Shown: piece after piece, positions 1 through 10,112 of the stretch
Numbering within the stretch: position 1 is the first letter of the stretch
How the letters are laid out: every line of letters begins with the position of its first letter
Origin: a virus
Taxonomy: Duplodnaviria > Caudoviricetes
Reading direction: 5' to 3' (one strand)
Virus record (IMG/VR): IMGVR_UViG_3300047089_000323
Coordinates: 1 to 55,425 of that record
Length of the DNA stretch: 55,425 nt
Notes under the pieces: model-generated
What the model saw: the letters and a program-made list of their open reading frames with translations, nothing else
Told to the model about the DNA's origin: nothing
The model's database searches: none
Translations under genes and position numbers: made by a program

Positions 1-17
1 GTTAACGCGGAGTCGGT

Positions 18-130
18 TCGTTTTCCTCGCGCGCTCCGCCGCGAAAACGCGGAGACAACGTGGCTGCGCGCTCCGGAGGCAGACAATGACGTCGTTTTCA
101 TCGCGCGCTCCGCCGCGAAAACGCGGAGAC
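18..130. repeat. two copies of a 39-bp hairpin-forming direct repeat (18-56, 92-130), 74-bp period
   Basis: tcgttttc(c/a)tcgcgcgctccgccgcgaaaacgcggagac occurs twice with one mismatch; internal CTCCGC/GCGGAG stem. Confidence 0.8.
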
Positions 131-150
131 GGGCAACGTCGGCGCGAACT

Positions 151-933
151 ATGATCCTCGCCTATGATTGCGGCGTCGGCGATCCCGGCTATGACTTCCT
201 GGTCTGGCTGGTCGAGGCCAAGATGTATTGCAAACGGTCCTCGCTGCAGGTGCGGTTCGAGCATGCCGATCGCCTCGACGAGGCCGGACGGCGCTGGTTG
301 ACGAATGTGTGGCGTCCGCTCCTGCCTATGCTCGACTGCGGCGAATGCCGTGACTTTGAAGAGGAGCCTGTCCGGCGGCCGCGCGCCCTCTCCTACGAGC
401 ACTTGTTCGATGCGATCGTGCAGGCGGCCTCGCGTGGCGAGGCCGTGCCGCGTCTGCGGTCGGATGGGGGTGGTTGGGTGCGGGCTTGGCTGCAAATGAC
501 GGACGCCCTGTGGCCAGTCGTGATCACACTGCGCGAGTGCGATTACAGCACTCACCGGAACAGCAAGCTGGATGCCTGGCTGCTATTTGCCGAGAGCCTG
601 CAGGCTGCCGGGGAGCGTGTGATCTTTGTCCGGGATACCGCCAAAGCCAGCGAGCCGCTCGAGGGCTTCCTTACGTACTCGCCAGCGTCATACGACGTCC
701 ATCGGCGTATGGTGCTGTACGAGCAGGCGAAGATGAATTTCTTCGTCTCGAACGGCCCGGTGATGCTGGCGGCGTTCAGCGACGTGCCGTATTGCTACCT
801 GATGACCCAGTATGCCGGCAGCCAGGGGCCGGTGCGCTATCCTTGGGCCAGCGACAACCAGCGCATTTTCTATCTGGCCGATACGGCGGCGAATCTGACG
901 AAGGTCTGGGACGAGATTAAGTTCGCGGCTTGA
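151..933 (+). CDS. hypothetical protein, glycosyltransferase (GT-B)-like C-terminal half
   Basis: 260-aa ORF; VITLR...HRNS and LYEQAKMNFFVSNGP resemble motifs of GT-B fold putative glycosyltransferases. Confidence 0.5.
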   Translation: MILAYDCGVGDPGYDFLVWLVEAKMYCKRSSLQVRFEHADRLDEAGRRWLTNVWRPLLPMLDCGECRDFEEEPVRRPRALSYEHLFDAIVQAASRGEAVPRLRSDGGGWVRAWLQMTDALWPVVITLRECDYSTHRNSKLDAWLLFAESLQAAGERVIFVRDTAKASEPLEGFLTYSPASYDVHRRMVLYEQAKMNFFVSNGPVMLAAFSDVPYCYLMTQYAGSQGPVRYPWASDNQRIFYLADTAANLTKVWDEIKFAA

Positions 934-1132
934 TCGCCTTCAGCGATTTGTCGCCAGTGGTCTTGGCCATCTCGCCGCCGGGGGATTTCTTGTTGTAGTC
1001 GTTCCGCTCGATATCGGTGCGGAAGGGATCCTGCTCCTTCATGAAGCGCGAGCGCGAGGTGACGACCTCCGGGCCGCCGACGGCAAACGACGCCGCAACT
1101 GGGCCGGTGCCTTTATAGAGAGCCTTCAGCAT
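917..1132 (-). CDS. small phage protein
   Basis: 71 aa; TAATG coupling to the upstream ORF; FAVGG motif. Confidence 0.65.
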   Translation of the reverse strand: MLKALYKGTGPVAASFAVGGPEVVTSRSRFMKEQDPFRTDIERNDYNKKSPGGEMAKTTGDKSLKAIKPRT

Positions 1133-1284
1133 TATCGTTTTCCTTTCTTCATGCGCTTGCCGCCGGAGCGGCGGGCGGTTTCGAGTGAAGCTGCTACCGC
1201 TTGTTTCTGTGGATAGCCTGAGTGCTTCATTTCGCGGATATTAGACGCGATGGTCTTTTTACTCGTTCCTTTTTTCAATGGCAT
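1132..1284 (-). CDS. small basic phage protein (MPLKKGTSKKTIASNIREMKHSGYPQKQAVAAS...)
   Basis: 50-aa ORF below the track cutoff, translated by hand; AGGA SD; resembles a widespread small phage protein. Confidence 0.75.
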   Translation of the reverse strand: MPLKKGTSKKTIASNIREMKHSGYPQKQAVAASLETARRSGGKRMKKGKR

Positions 1285-1301
1285 GCGTCATCCTTTCCTG
1301 C

Positions 1302-4300
1302 TCACTGCGGCACCTGCTCACGTTCGCGTGGATCATAAACCCGTTCACGCGCGTATTTGGCCCGTTCTGTCTTGTCGTGCTGTTGCTTGGCTTTCCATTC
1401 TTTCTCGGTTTTTGCCTGCATCCAGTTATCGAGATGGACTGGATCCTGGATGTCGACGCCTGGAGCGCGGAAGCCAAGTGCAGTTTCCACGGGGCTGATG
1501 CCCGAGGTCTCGGGCTGTCCTTTGATCATGCTCCGGGCGCCGATCGGTCCCAACCGGCTGAACAGATGCGCCGCGCGCTGTTGCAGCTGCTCGAGCGGAT
1601 TAGCGCCGCGCTTTGTGATGGGATCGCCGCGCCAGTCTTCGTTGTTAATTTGCTCAAGTGCTGTCGTCGGCAAGCCGCCGAGCTTGGCGTAGCCCTCGCG
1701 CAGCGGATGTGTGAGCCAGCCATACACGTCCTTTTGGAAGCCTGGCATCAAGGCATGCTCCTTGACCTGGCCCTTGCCGCCGAGACCTGGGACGGTGCCG
1801 CCGGTGCGCGGGGCGTACAAGTCGCGCCAGTCTTGCGGGGCTTCGCCGGCTCTGAGGTACTGGTAGATGCCTGATATGGTTGAAACCACGAACGGAAAGG
1901 CAATGGCATAGGAAATGCGTGGATCAAATTCCGGGTGCGCCATGCTGAACCGGTTCTCACGGTTCTTGAGCGACAACGCTCCTGCTTTGCCGGCGGCGTA
2001 GGTGCCACCGGCTATTTCGCGCATGGCGCCTATCGTCCATGAGAACGAACGCATGGAGACCATTGCGGCCTGCCGGAGGCTCTGGTTCATGAACAGATTG
2101 TCGTGAATCATCTCGCCGAAGCGATTGTCGGTGCTGTCGACGATCTTCTTGGCGGCGTCCACCGCCGCCCGTCGCCCCTCCGGGGTGCTGATATCGACAT
2201 GTGGATTGGCTTTTAACCAGGCCTCCATTTGACTATGGACGGCGCCGGCCTTGAGCGCCGGAATATATTTGTCAAACAGCGGAGCGCCAACGGTCTGCAG
2301 AGCTCGGGACGCCTGTTTGAAGGGATACATGACCTGTTTGCCGACCGTGTCGGCAAGCCCCCAATCCTGCTTGATATCGTCCCACGCTTGTTTCAATTCG
2401 TAATTGATCTTGTCACGCGACATGCTTTTGATGAACGATCCGCGTGACACGTTTTCGTCACCGGCACTGCCAAGAATGTCGTAGGCATGCCCACGACCGA
2501 TCGGCCGTGCGTTGGCTTCGGCCATGATCGATGCAATCGGATTTGTACTATTCGGATTGAGATAGTCCTGCTGAAACCGTTTGCCTTCAATGTAGATGAT
2601 GCGGGGGGCGCGCGGCGCCTTGGCGATGGATAGAGCGCCCTCCTTGAACTGGCCGGAGAAGATCTGATTAAGGCCTTTGGCCACATCCGAAATGATCGCC
2701 TCGTTGGCCATGGTGAAAAAGTGATACGCGTTCAGCCCGAGCTCCATCTGGGTCCAGGCGGCATTCGAATTGCGCAAGGCATTATAGATGGGTTTGTGCA
2801 ATCCGCCCCCCATGCCCTGGTTGTAGAATGTGTTGTACTTGTCGGCAAAATCCTCTGGCGCATAGGCCTCCAGGAATGGTCCTTTTGGCGGAGCGTTGAG
2901 CTTCTTCCAGCCGGGAGGCGGGCCGCCAACCTGTTGCGGCTCAGGGGAACCAGTGGCGCCGACGGATTTCCCCGACCTGAAGTATCCAATCACTCCGGTC
3001 TCGACGCCACGCTCGAGCGCATCATTAGCCGCGATGAAATTTGTCATCGACAGGCCATAGCGCGTCGCAATTTCTACCGGATTGTCAGTAAGAGGTTCGA
3101 GTCCCGCGTCTTTGGCGTCCTCGTAAGTCGCATAAGTTCGCTTCTTGGTGCTGCCGGCGCCGCCGCGCCCACGGCCAAAGCTATTGAAAAACTCTGCTGC
3201 CTGGGCCGGATTTTTGTACATGTGCGCCGCATAGTCAGCGACGAACTTCATCTGTGCCGTACGATCGAGCTTGCTAAACTCAGTTTTCCATAAATCCATC
3301 GCGGGCTTGTGGTCGTCAATCAGCCGCTGCTGCTCAGGTGTCGGCTTCCAGTCCGGGAAATGATCGCCCCCCTCGATCCTGTTCATCATAGCTGCCCTAT
3401 CTTCTGCGTTCATGGGCAGAACAGTTTGTTGATGGGGATTGAGCAAATCGATGGTCTGCTCGAATACCCGTTTGGCTTTGCCGTAGGACCCGCGAATGAT
3501 GTGTTCCGCCTCCCGGCCGTGTGGCCCAATGTCGGACCCGACCAGCAGCTTCATCGACCGCCACAAATTGCTCAAGTTCGAGCGTTTCTGCGGCGGCGCA
3601 TAGGCCATGCTGGTCGGGCCAGGAGGCGGCGTTCCTCCCGCTGCGGCTGCCGCTTGGCCGACCGTGGGGGGCTTCGGCGGCTGACCGGCGCCCTCCTCCG
3701 GTCCCTGCCGCGCTTCCGCTTGCCGCAATGGCGGGACTGGCTCATCCGGTGCTCTTCCGGCCGCTACCTTGGCGGCGCCTCTTTCCAGGATCGCCTGCTC
3801 GGCGCCAATAGGGAGAGGTGCGGTTTCGATCGGCCGGCCGGAGCGTCCACGCACGATCGCTTGCCGCCGAATTGCATCAGGCTCCGCGGCGATCTGGTTG
3901 GCGCGCGCAGCCATCTCGCGGATGCGCGCAGATCGTGGCGTCACGGCATTGAGCTTCGTTTCGATTGATTGCTTGACAACATCAGCCGCCTTGCGGGTCT
4001 TGTAGCGCCCGCCGACTGGTTGGTCGGTATCGTTGCGCACCAGGTAAAATTCGCCGTTCTTATGTTGGAAACTGCTGACCGTGATCGGTTTGCGTGCGGG
4101 TGGCTCCGGTGCGGCAGGTTCCGGTTCTCGCGCTTGCTGCTGTCGGGCTTGCTCTTTGGCTTTGAGTTGTTCGCCGACGGTGGGCTTGGCCGCGGGCCTT
4201 CCCGCAAGCAGGTCACCTTGCAAATGGGTGTCCCCGAAAATCCCCTCGTCCATTGGACGTTGCGGTGCCGAAGGCCGAAGCCGTTCGTCGGTGCGCCGTT

Positions 4301-6395
4301 GCGCGAGTCGAGCATCGGAGATGCGTCCGGTGCCGGGAATTACGAGCTGGGGTTTGCCTTCTGCGCCTCTCTCTTCCGTGCCGCTCGCGCCAGCGCTGCG
4401 TGGGAGCGCGCCAGGTTCGCCCGCCACTGCGCCAGGTGAGGGTTGTCCGGGTCCGGCTTGGCGTAAACCGCCGCCATCTTCGCGTGCTGCTCCGACGTCA
4501 TGAGCATCCCATCCTGGGATGTCGCCGACGGTGTCTTGGCGTTCGCGCTTGCGGGCGGCTTGTTCATGGCGATCGGCATCTTCCATCACTGCTCGTTCGT
4601 AGGCAATATCCGGGTCGTTAACGCCTTCCCGCTCCATGATCTGTATGGTGCGGGCATGCAGCTTCGGGTCGATCTCGTTGAGCCCGGATTCCTCGACGAA
4701 ACCGTCGACGGCGCGTTCGATCGCCACGCGATTGAACTCAGCAGCGCGTTCACGCTCTGCTGCCGTGGTCGTGCCTTCATAGCCGATCTGGTATTGCTTG
4801 GTGCCGCGCGCTTCTTCCTCGATTAGCCGCAGGAGGTCGGGGACACCTGTTTTAGCCTCGCGGCCGGCACGATCGCTGGCGTCATTGATGTACGAAGCAT
4901 CGCGTGTCGCGGCTTCCCACGCGCTGTCCAGCGACTTGCCGGTTTTGCGGATCAGTCTGCCAAAGCCAGGGATGAAGGGATTGCCATCCAAGATGGTCTG
5001 CAATTCCGGCGATGGGCGGAGTCCGCCGCGAGAAGCAAGATATTCGAGCAGGCTATAGGTTCCGGGATCGCGCCCGCGCGGCCCGCGGTTTTTAACCGGG
5101 GCCACGACTTCAGGCGGTTCCTTCGGTAGCGGCTGCGCGGGGGCTGTTTGAGTTTCTGGCTCGGGCGGTGGCTCACCCCGCAACGGGCGCGCTTGCGCTT
5201 CGGCATTCGGTATCGCCGGAAATTCGGTCTCCAGCTTGCGGCCGTATTCGGTTGGCTCTTCGACTGGGGTCACCCGGGGCGGTTCAGGCGCAGGAGGTGC
5301 AACGTCGGCTTCCGGCGCCTCGGTCACTCTCGGCTTCAACTTTGCCTGCAGGGCGGCATCGAGTGTCGGATCGCTCACCCGCGGTGCTTCTGGCGGTGTC
5401 GCAGGAGCTGCAGCTTCCTCGCCCGGCGGCACCTGTGCTGTCGGCTCCTCCTTGGCATAGCGCTCGTCGACCCTCGGCTGCTGCTTGGCGGGATCCGTCG
5501 GTGGCGGGGCCCGCTCCTCGGCGGTGCCGGCGGCGGCTTGGGCGCCCGGTGTGCCGTGCGGCGCTACCCGTCCGGCCAGTGCCTCTCCGCGTTGCTCCAG
5601 CCCGCTCACCCAGCCGCGGTTGCCAGGGAGTGCCGCGCCGGCTACTGCGCTGGTCACCAATTGCGCGGGATCGAATTCGCCTTGGGCGAGCTGCGTGCCA
5701 CCTTCAACGCCGCCAGCGACCGCGCCCGAGAGCAGGCGCTGTCCGATCGGGGATTCCAGGAATTTGGCTCCGACGCGGGGGGCAGCAGCCGTGGGTGACA
5801 GACTCAAAGCATAAGGCACAACGGTTCCGGCGGCCGCCGACCATGGATTGGTTTTGGCATCGACTGCCTGCTGAATACTGTCGTCGTAACCTAAAAGTTC
5901 TTTGCCTGCGGAGACGATCTTCTCGCCCAAATAACCGCCAGCAATACCACCGCCGATCCACCCTGCGGCTGCGCCGGCTGGCCCGCCGAGCCAGCCCCCA
6001 GCACCACCGATGGCGCGGCCAGCGATGCCGCCCAGGATGCGCCCGGCCCCGCCCGCCACTGCGCCGGTGGCAAAGCCCGAGGTCGCTGGAATGACGGCAT
6101 CCCGCGCTTTGCGGGCGAAGGTCGCGAGCATGCCTTCGGCTTCCGGTTCATGCGGCCGGTAGCCTTCCCGTTCTGCGGTCGACTGATCCATGATCAGATG
6201 CGCCGGCGGCTTATCGTCCTCGGTCGGCAGGGGACGATAACCGCCGCGCTCCGCTGTCGGCTGATCCATGATCAGTTCGGGTGGTGGACCCGATGGTGGA
6301 CTGGAGTCGTAAGGATGATAACCGTCGCGCTCCGCCATCGACTGATCCATGATCAGTTCGGACGGTGGACCTTCCTCTTCATCGTCATCGGCCAC
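1302..6395 (-). CDS. large internal virion / DNA ejection protein
   Basis: 1697 aa, last large gene of the structural arm; Gly/Ala-rich hydrophobic N-region, Pro-rich linkers, helical C-terminal domain. Confidence 0.7.
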   Translation of the reverse strand: MADDDEEEGPPSELIMDQSMAERDGYHPYDSSPPSGPPPELIMDQPTAERGGYRPLPTEDDKPPAHLIMDQSTAEREGYRPHEPEAEGMLATFARKARDAVIPATSGFATGAVAGGAGRILGGIAGRAIGGAGGWLGGPAGAAAGWIGGGIAGGYLGEKIVSAGKELLGYDDSIQQAVDAKTNPWSAAAGTVVPYALSLSPTAAAPRVGAKFLESPIGQRLLSGAVAGGVEGGTQLAQGEFDPAQLVTSAVAGAALPGNRGWVSGLEQRGEALAGRVAPHGTPGAQAAAGTAEERAPPPTDPAKQQPRVDERYAKEEPTAQVPPGEEAAAPATPPEAPRVSDPTLDAALQAKLKPRVTEAPEADVAPPAPEPPRVTPVEEPTEYGRKLETEFPAIPNAEAQARPLRGEPPPEPETQTAPAQPLPKEPPEVVAPVKNRGPRGRDPGTYSLLEYLASRGGLRPSPELQTILDGNPFIPGFGRLIRKTGKSLDSAWEAATRDASYINDASDRAGREAKTGVPDLLRLIEEEARGTKQYQIGYEGTTTAAERERAAEFNRVAIERAVDGFVEESGLNEIDPKLHARTIQIMEREGVNDPDIAYERAVMEDADRHEQAARKRERQDTVGDIPGWDAHDVGAAREDGGGLRQAGPGQPSPGAVAGEPGALPRSAGASGTEERGAEGKPQLVIPGTGRISDARLAQRRTDERLRPSAPQRPMDEGIFGDTHLQGDLLAGRPAAKPTVGEQLKAKEQARQQQAREPEPAAPEPPARKPITVSSFQHKNGEFYLVRNDTDQPVGGRYKTRKAADVVKQSIETKLNAVTPRSARIREMAARANQIAAEPDAIRRQAIVRGRSGRPIETAPLPIGAEQAILERGAAKVAAGRAPDEPVPPLRQAEARQGPEEGAGQPPKPPTVGQAAAAAGGTPPPGPTSMAYAPPQKRSNLSNLWRSMKLLVGSDIGPHGREAEHIIRGSYGKAKRVFEQTIDLLNPHQQTVLPMNAEDRAAMMNRIEGGDHFPDWKPTPEQQRLIDDHKPAMDLWKTEFSKLDRTAQMKFVADYAAHMYKNPAQAAEFFNSFGRGRGGAGSTKKRTYATYEDAKDAGLEPLTDNPVEIATRYGLSMTNFIAANDALERGVETGVIGYFRSGKSVGATGSPEPQQVGGPPPGWKKLNAPPKGPFLEAYAPEDFADKYNTFYNQGMGGGLHKPIYNALRNSNAAWTQMELGLNAYHFFTMANEAIISDVAKGLNQIFSGQFKEGALSIAKAPRAPRIIYIEGKRFQQDYLNPNSTNPIASIMAEANARPIGRGHAYDILGSAGDENVSRGSFIKSMSRDKINYELKQAWDDIKQDWGLADTVGKQVMYPFKQASRALQTVGAPLFDKYIPALKAGAVHSQMEAWLKANPHVDISTPEGRRAAVDAAKKIVDSTDNRFGEMIHDNLFMNQSLRQAAMVSMRSFSWTIGAMREIAGGTYAAGKAGALSLKNRENRFSMAHPEFDPRISYAIAFPFVVSTISGIYQYLRAGEAPQDWRDLYAPRTGGTVPGLGGKGQVKEHALMPGFQKDVYGWLTHPLREGYAKLGGLPTTALEQINNEDWRGDPITKRGANPLEQLQQRAAHLFSRLGPIGARSMIKGQPETSGISPVETALGFRAPGVDIQDPVHLDNWMQAKTEKEWKAKQQHDKTERAKYARERVYDPREREQVPQ
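6155..6362 (-). repeat. three intragenic repeats LIMDQ(S/P)xAERxGY
   Basis: ELIMDQSMAERDGY / ELIMDQPTAERGGY / HLIMDQSTAEREGY; DNA ctgatccatgatcag x3. Confidence 0.85.
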
Positions 6396-6399
6396 GGAT

Positions 6400-8982
6400 T
6401 CACTGTGCCAATCGTTTGATGTACTTCACGGTGCCGTTGGCATTAATGAAAGCTTGAAAGCCCGGATATTGTCGCACGGCTGGCGCCTGGCTTTGCGGCT
6501 GCGCGGCGGCCTGTACCGTCTGAGCGGCTGCGGGCTGTTGGGCTGCTTGCTGAATCGGCCCGCGCTGGAACACGCTTTCCGGCAGGGGCTGATCGGCACG
6601 ATTGTGCCAGCCCGGCCGCTCCCATGGCGCTGGACCGTATTCCTTCAGAGCTTGTGCGGCAGTTGCCTGTCGCCGGATCGCTTCAGCGTTCCAGGCTCCC
6701 GCGTTGACGACATCAGCCTCTTGCTGCCGCCGGTTCGCTTCCATTTGCGCTTGGTTGGATTGGGCCGGCATGCCGGGGATCGGATGCGGCGTTACCGAGG
6801 ACGAGGCGCTACCCTTGCCGATCGAACGTGAAGACCCCCAAGCCACCGATGGCGCAATACGAGGATCGGTGCTGACAAATTGAGTATTAGCGCGGACGAT
6901 AGCGGGTGAAACGGGTTCGGCGGCCTTCTGCAGCGCATGATAATCTTCCACCAGTTTCGCTCGACGTGCGCCCCATTCGGTCCTTTGTTCCCTAGTCGGT
7001 TGCGGACCCATATTCTCCGGTCCGACTAACGTAGTCAGGCGTTGCCGTTGGGCCGCCGATTCCGAATCCTGCGGCGTCAGTTGAGCGCGAGCCGCATCGA
7101 GTTGCCGCGGGGTCAATTTGTCGACGGGAGTCAGTCGATCGACCGGTGGCGGCGGCGGCAGTGGAGCCCCGGTTGCCGGTTGCCCGGATTGGTAGGGTGC
7201 GGCATCGGCGTTGATGTAACCGACCCGCGCCCCGGCCGGCAAAGTCGAACGGCTATCAGGGGCTGGTGGCGCTGCGGCTGCGGGTGGAGCTATTCGTAAG
7301 GCGGCTCGCGCCAATGCCGTCCGTCCGACATCGGATGTATTGGCGATATCATGGTCGCCGCTTTCAACCGCCCGGACGACGGCCTCACGGCCCGCCTGGG
7401 TATTGAGATAACCGGTCGGTAAAAATTTCTCCAGACCGGCGATTTGCGGTTCCATTCGCCGATAGGTGTCGGCAACGGATGCCGCCGGGGCATGCGGATC
7501 GGATAACAACTGCAAATCACGGGTAGCGTTGCCGCCGCCAGACGCAATCGTCAGGTTTTTACCGGTGCCGTTTTCGGCGATGTGATCGAACTGGCTCGCC
7601 GGTCCGGCCAGGAAACTATGCATCTGCGCCGGCGTCAGCGCAAATTTGGTAGGCTCGCCCCCACTATGCGGGGTCAGTGTTGCGACAAACAAATTGCGTG
7701 CGTGATCGAACCCGGTCGTCAAAGTCGTGTCGGTCGGCACGATGTTGTGCGAGTAGTCGATGGCCTTGAGCGTGGCGTCGGTAATCTGCCCCTTCTCCAC
7801 CGCCAGTGTCGCCAACGCTTGCGCTTTTTGCTGCGGCTCCCGCAATGCCTGCACGAACTGGTGCCCCGCTTCCATGCCGTGGTTCTTCACAGTGTCTTCG
7901 AAGGTCTGGCGGATGTTCTGGCTGTAGTCGTAAGTCGGGTTTGATTTTGCGGTTTCCGCCATGCGAGCGGTCAATTGTTCCGGCGACATGGCGTGCTCGC
8001 CGTTGAGATAATCCGCCAACTTGTTCTTCATCGTATCCCAGGCGCCGCCGGTCCAACTGTTGCCGGATACTTGCTGGTTATATTCACGCTGGGCGTCGAC
8101 ATCATGGTACGGCTTGGTGAGAGCCTGCCAGCCTTGTTGCAGGATATTGTCGCTGCCCGATACCGTCGGCGATTGTTGAGACGGCCTGGTGAGCCAGCCG
8201 GGCTTCAGGATAGTGTCGCGATCCGCTCCCGTCGGCGATTGATCGGTCTGCAGCCGGATACGGGGAGTGCCCGACTCTGAAATAACGGGAGCGTGTGGAT
8301 CCGGAGCAGGAGGGGCCGTTCCTCGATCGGCATCTCTGTTGTCATCGGTATTCGTTGCGGAAGCCGCAACCGGTGGAGTCTTGGCATCGGGTGGCGCTTC
8401 TTCGGCATTCGCTTGCGAAATTCCCAACAAGTTACGACCGTAATCCAGCACCTCGTGCAACAGATCCCGCTTGGGGGTCGGTTCTGCGCGGGTTGAATCC
8501 TGGAATCCAGTCGATGGTGTTGTTTCGGATGTGCCCGTGTCCGGCTGTTGGTATCCGGTTGGAGCTGCGACAGAATCAGTTCTGGCAACGACAGGAGCAG
8601 CCGGTTGGCTAGGCGCTTGGACTTCTGCTAGCTCGCGCTTGCGTTTACGTTTCTCTTCTGAATCACCACCGCTTCCACTATCTCCTCCATCTCCGCTATC
8701 TCCTCCATCTCCGCTATCTCCGCCACCATCTCCTCCACCACTGTCTTCAACATCACCTCCGTCGGCATAGCCGGTCCGTCGCACCGGACCACCTTGTGCA
8801 TAGTCCTGATCGCCTTTCAGCTTCAATGCGGACGCATACGATCCGGCGGTCCAGGCCGGCGTGGTCGAGGGGTAGACGGTGTCGTCATCGCTGGGACTGC
8901 GGTCGCGGGGTTCAACCGGGCCTCCCCGCGCATAACCGGTGTAGGCGTTGGGGGAGCGCTGCCGAGCGTGAGCCAAAGCCAT
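6400..8982 (-). CDS. internal virion / ejection protein
   Basis: Long ORF; likely start ATG 8982 with GGAG SD just after the upstream stop; three YAxGGxV motifs and GGDSGD repeats. Confidence 0.65.
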   Translation of the reverse strand: MALAHARQRSPNAYTGYARGGPVEPRDRSPSDDDTVYPSTTPAWTAGSYASALKLKGDQDYAQGGPVRRTGYADGGDVEDSGGGDGGGDSGDGGDSGDGGDSGSGGDSEEKRKRKRELAEVQAPSQPAAPVVARTDSVAAPTGYQQPDTGTSETTPSTGFQDSTRAEPTPKRDLLHEVLDYGRNLLGISQANAEEAPPDAKTPPVAASATNTDDNRDADRGTAPPAPDPHAPVISESGTPRIRLQTDQSPTGADRDTILKPGWLTRPSQQSPTVSGSDNILQQGWQALTKPYHDVDAQREYNQQVSGNSWTGGAWDTMKNKLADYLNGEHAMSPEQLTARMAETAKSNPTYDYSQNIRQTFEDTVKNHGMEAGHQFVQALREPQQKAQALATLAVEKGQITDATLKAIDYSHNIVPTDTTLTTGFDHARNLFVATLTPHSGGEPTKFALTPAQMHSFLAGPASQFDHIAENGTGKNLTIASGGGNATRDLQLLSDPHAPAASVADTYRRMEPQIAGLEKFLPTGYLNTQAGREAVVRAVESGDHDIANTSDVGRTALARAALRIAPPAAAAPPAPDSRSTLPAGARVGYINADAAPYQSGQPATGAPLPPPPPVDRLTPVDKLTPRQLDAARAQLTPQDSESAAQRQRLTTLVGPENMGPQPTREQRTEWGARRAKLVEDYHALQKAAEPVSPAIVRANTQFVSTDPRIAPSVAWGSSRSIGKGSASSSVTPHPIPGMPAQSNQAQMEANRRQQEADVVNAGAWNAEAIRRQATAAQALKEYGPAPWERPGWHNRADQPLPESVFQRGPIQQAAQQPAAAQTVQAAAQPQSQAPAVRQYPGFQAFINANGTVKYIKRLAQ

Positions 8983-8983
8983 G

Positions 8984-10051
8984 TCATGCCGCTCCATAGC
9001 CGACGGAAGGAGCGCTGTTGCTACCGGCCATCGCACGATCTTTCCGAGATTTAGCCATCAATTCATAAAAGAATTTTTGGCCCTGCCAAGAGGCTACGTC
9101 TTTGGGGATAACGAACTCACCGGCATTCAGGCTGGCGTTCACGTCATCCGTCTGTGCGCCGCGCGAGGGGCTGAGTTCCGGAGGCACATCGCCGCCGGGC
9201 TGAAATTCGACTGGGCCACCGCGCGCCATGGTGAAGCCATATCCAGATCCGACATAGCGATTATTAGTGGCCGCGGGAGCGTTGGCGCCGGCGGCGCTGT
9301 TACTGAACCCTGAGCTCTCGCCGGTCGACTGGCCGGTGGATGAACCGGATGAGACGGTTCCCAGTGGCGAGTACGGCAGCGACATGCCGGTCTTGGCGAA
9401 GTCGTTGGCGGCATTGGTTGTCGCCACCCCCTGTCCGACATTCTGCAGGCTGCTGGAGATTGCCTGGTTCTGCATGGCGTTGCCTTGGGCAATATCGGCC
9501 ATGCGTTGTTGGTTGCCGGCTCCGGCGGCAGAGGCCCCGGTCATTACCCGGTTGGCCTGATCGAGTCCGGCATAGCGCCCGGCCGACGGGTCGATGCCGT
9601 AGCTTTGCAAATCCTGAATCGCTGCCTGCCGTCCAGCCTCGGCGCCTTGTTGCACACCGGCTTCCGCCTGCCCCACGTCGGTGGCGATGCGCTGCGGACT
9701 GGCATAGGACAGCGCGTTGCGCATCAGGGCATCGATATTGCCTTGGTTTTTATTGAATTGGTCCATGCCCCATTGGTAAACTTGGGGCGCCATGCTGGCG
9801 GAATATTTGGCGATCTGCTCGAGGATCGGGGTCTGCGAATAATCCGGGATGTAGGAATTGGACTGTTGTTGGCTCTGCTGGGTCGACTGTTGCGCTGATT
9901 GGTTGACGGAGGTGGCGGCCTTGCCGCCCGGCGACATGTACATCATGGTCGCCGCATCGGCCATTTGCGGCGACTGAAAACCAAAACCTTGACCAACCGA
10001 CGGAGCGTACACCATTTTAAGTGCGGTCCCGAAATGGCACAGATGAAGCAA
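8984..10051 (-). CDS. ejection / pilot-like virion protein (true start probably internal)
   Basis: Gln/Ala/Ser-rich; C-terminal MARGGPV...TDDVNASLNAGEFVIP motif typical of phage tape-measure/pilot proteins. Confidence 0.65.
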   Translation of the reverse strand: MLHLCHFGTALKMVYAPSVGQGFGFQSPQMADAATMMYMSPGGKAATSVNQSAQQSTQQSQQQSNSYIPDYSQTPILEQIAKYSASMAPQVYQWGMDQFNKNQGNIDALMRNALSYASPQRIATDVGQAEAGVQQGAEAGRQAAIQDLQSYGIDPSAGRYAGLDQANRVMTGASAAGAGNQQRMADIAQGNAMQNQAISSSLQNVGQGVATTNAANDFAKTGMSLPYSPLGTVSSGSSTGQSTGESSGFSNSAAGANAPAATNNRYVGSGYGFTMARGGPVEFQPGGDVPPELSPSRGAQTDDVNASLNAGEFVIPKDVASWQGQKFFYELMAKSRKDRAMAGSNSAPSVGYGAA

Positions 10052-10096
10052 AGAGCAGGGGGCAGAAAACTCCTAATTTGGAGTTAACAGACAATT

Positions 10097-10112
10097 GTTA
10101 AGGAATGCTTAA
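10097..10112 (-). promoter_or_regulatory. CtrA box TTAA-N7-TTAAC
   Basis: Minus strand reads TTAA GCATTCC TTAAC, upstream of the ejection genes. Confidence 0.7.

Noticed and set aside
18-130. CRISPR array
   Set aside because: Only two repeats, the gap reuses repeat sub-motifs, and no cas genes are present.
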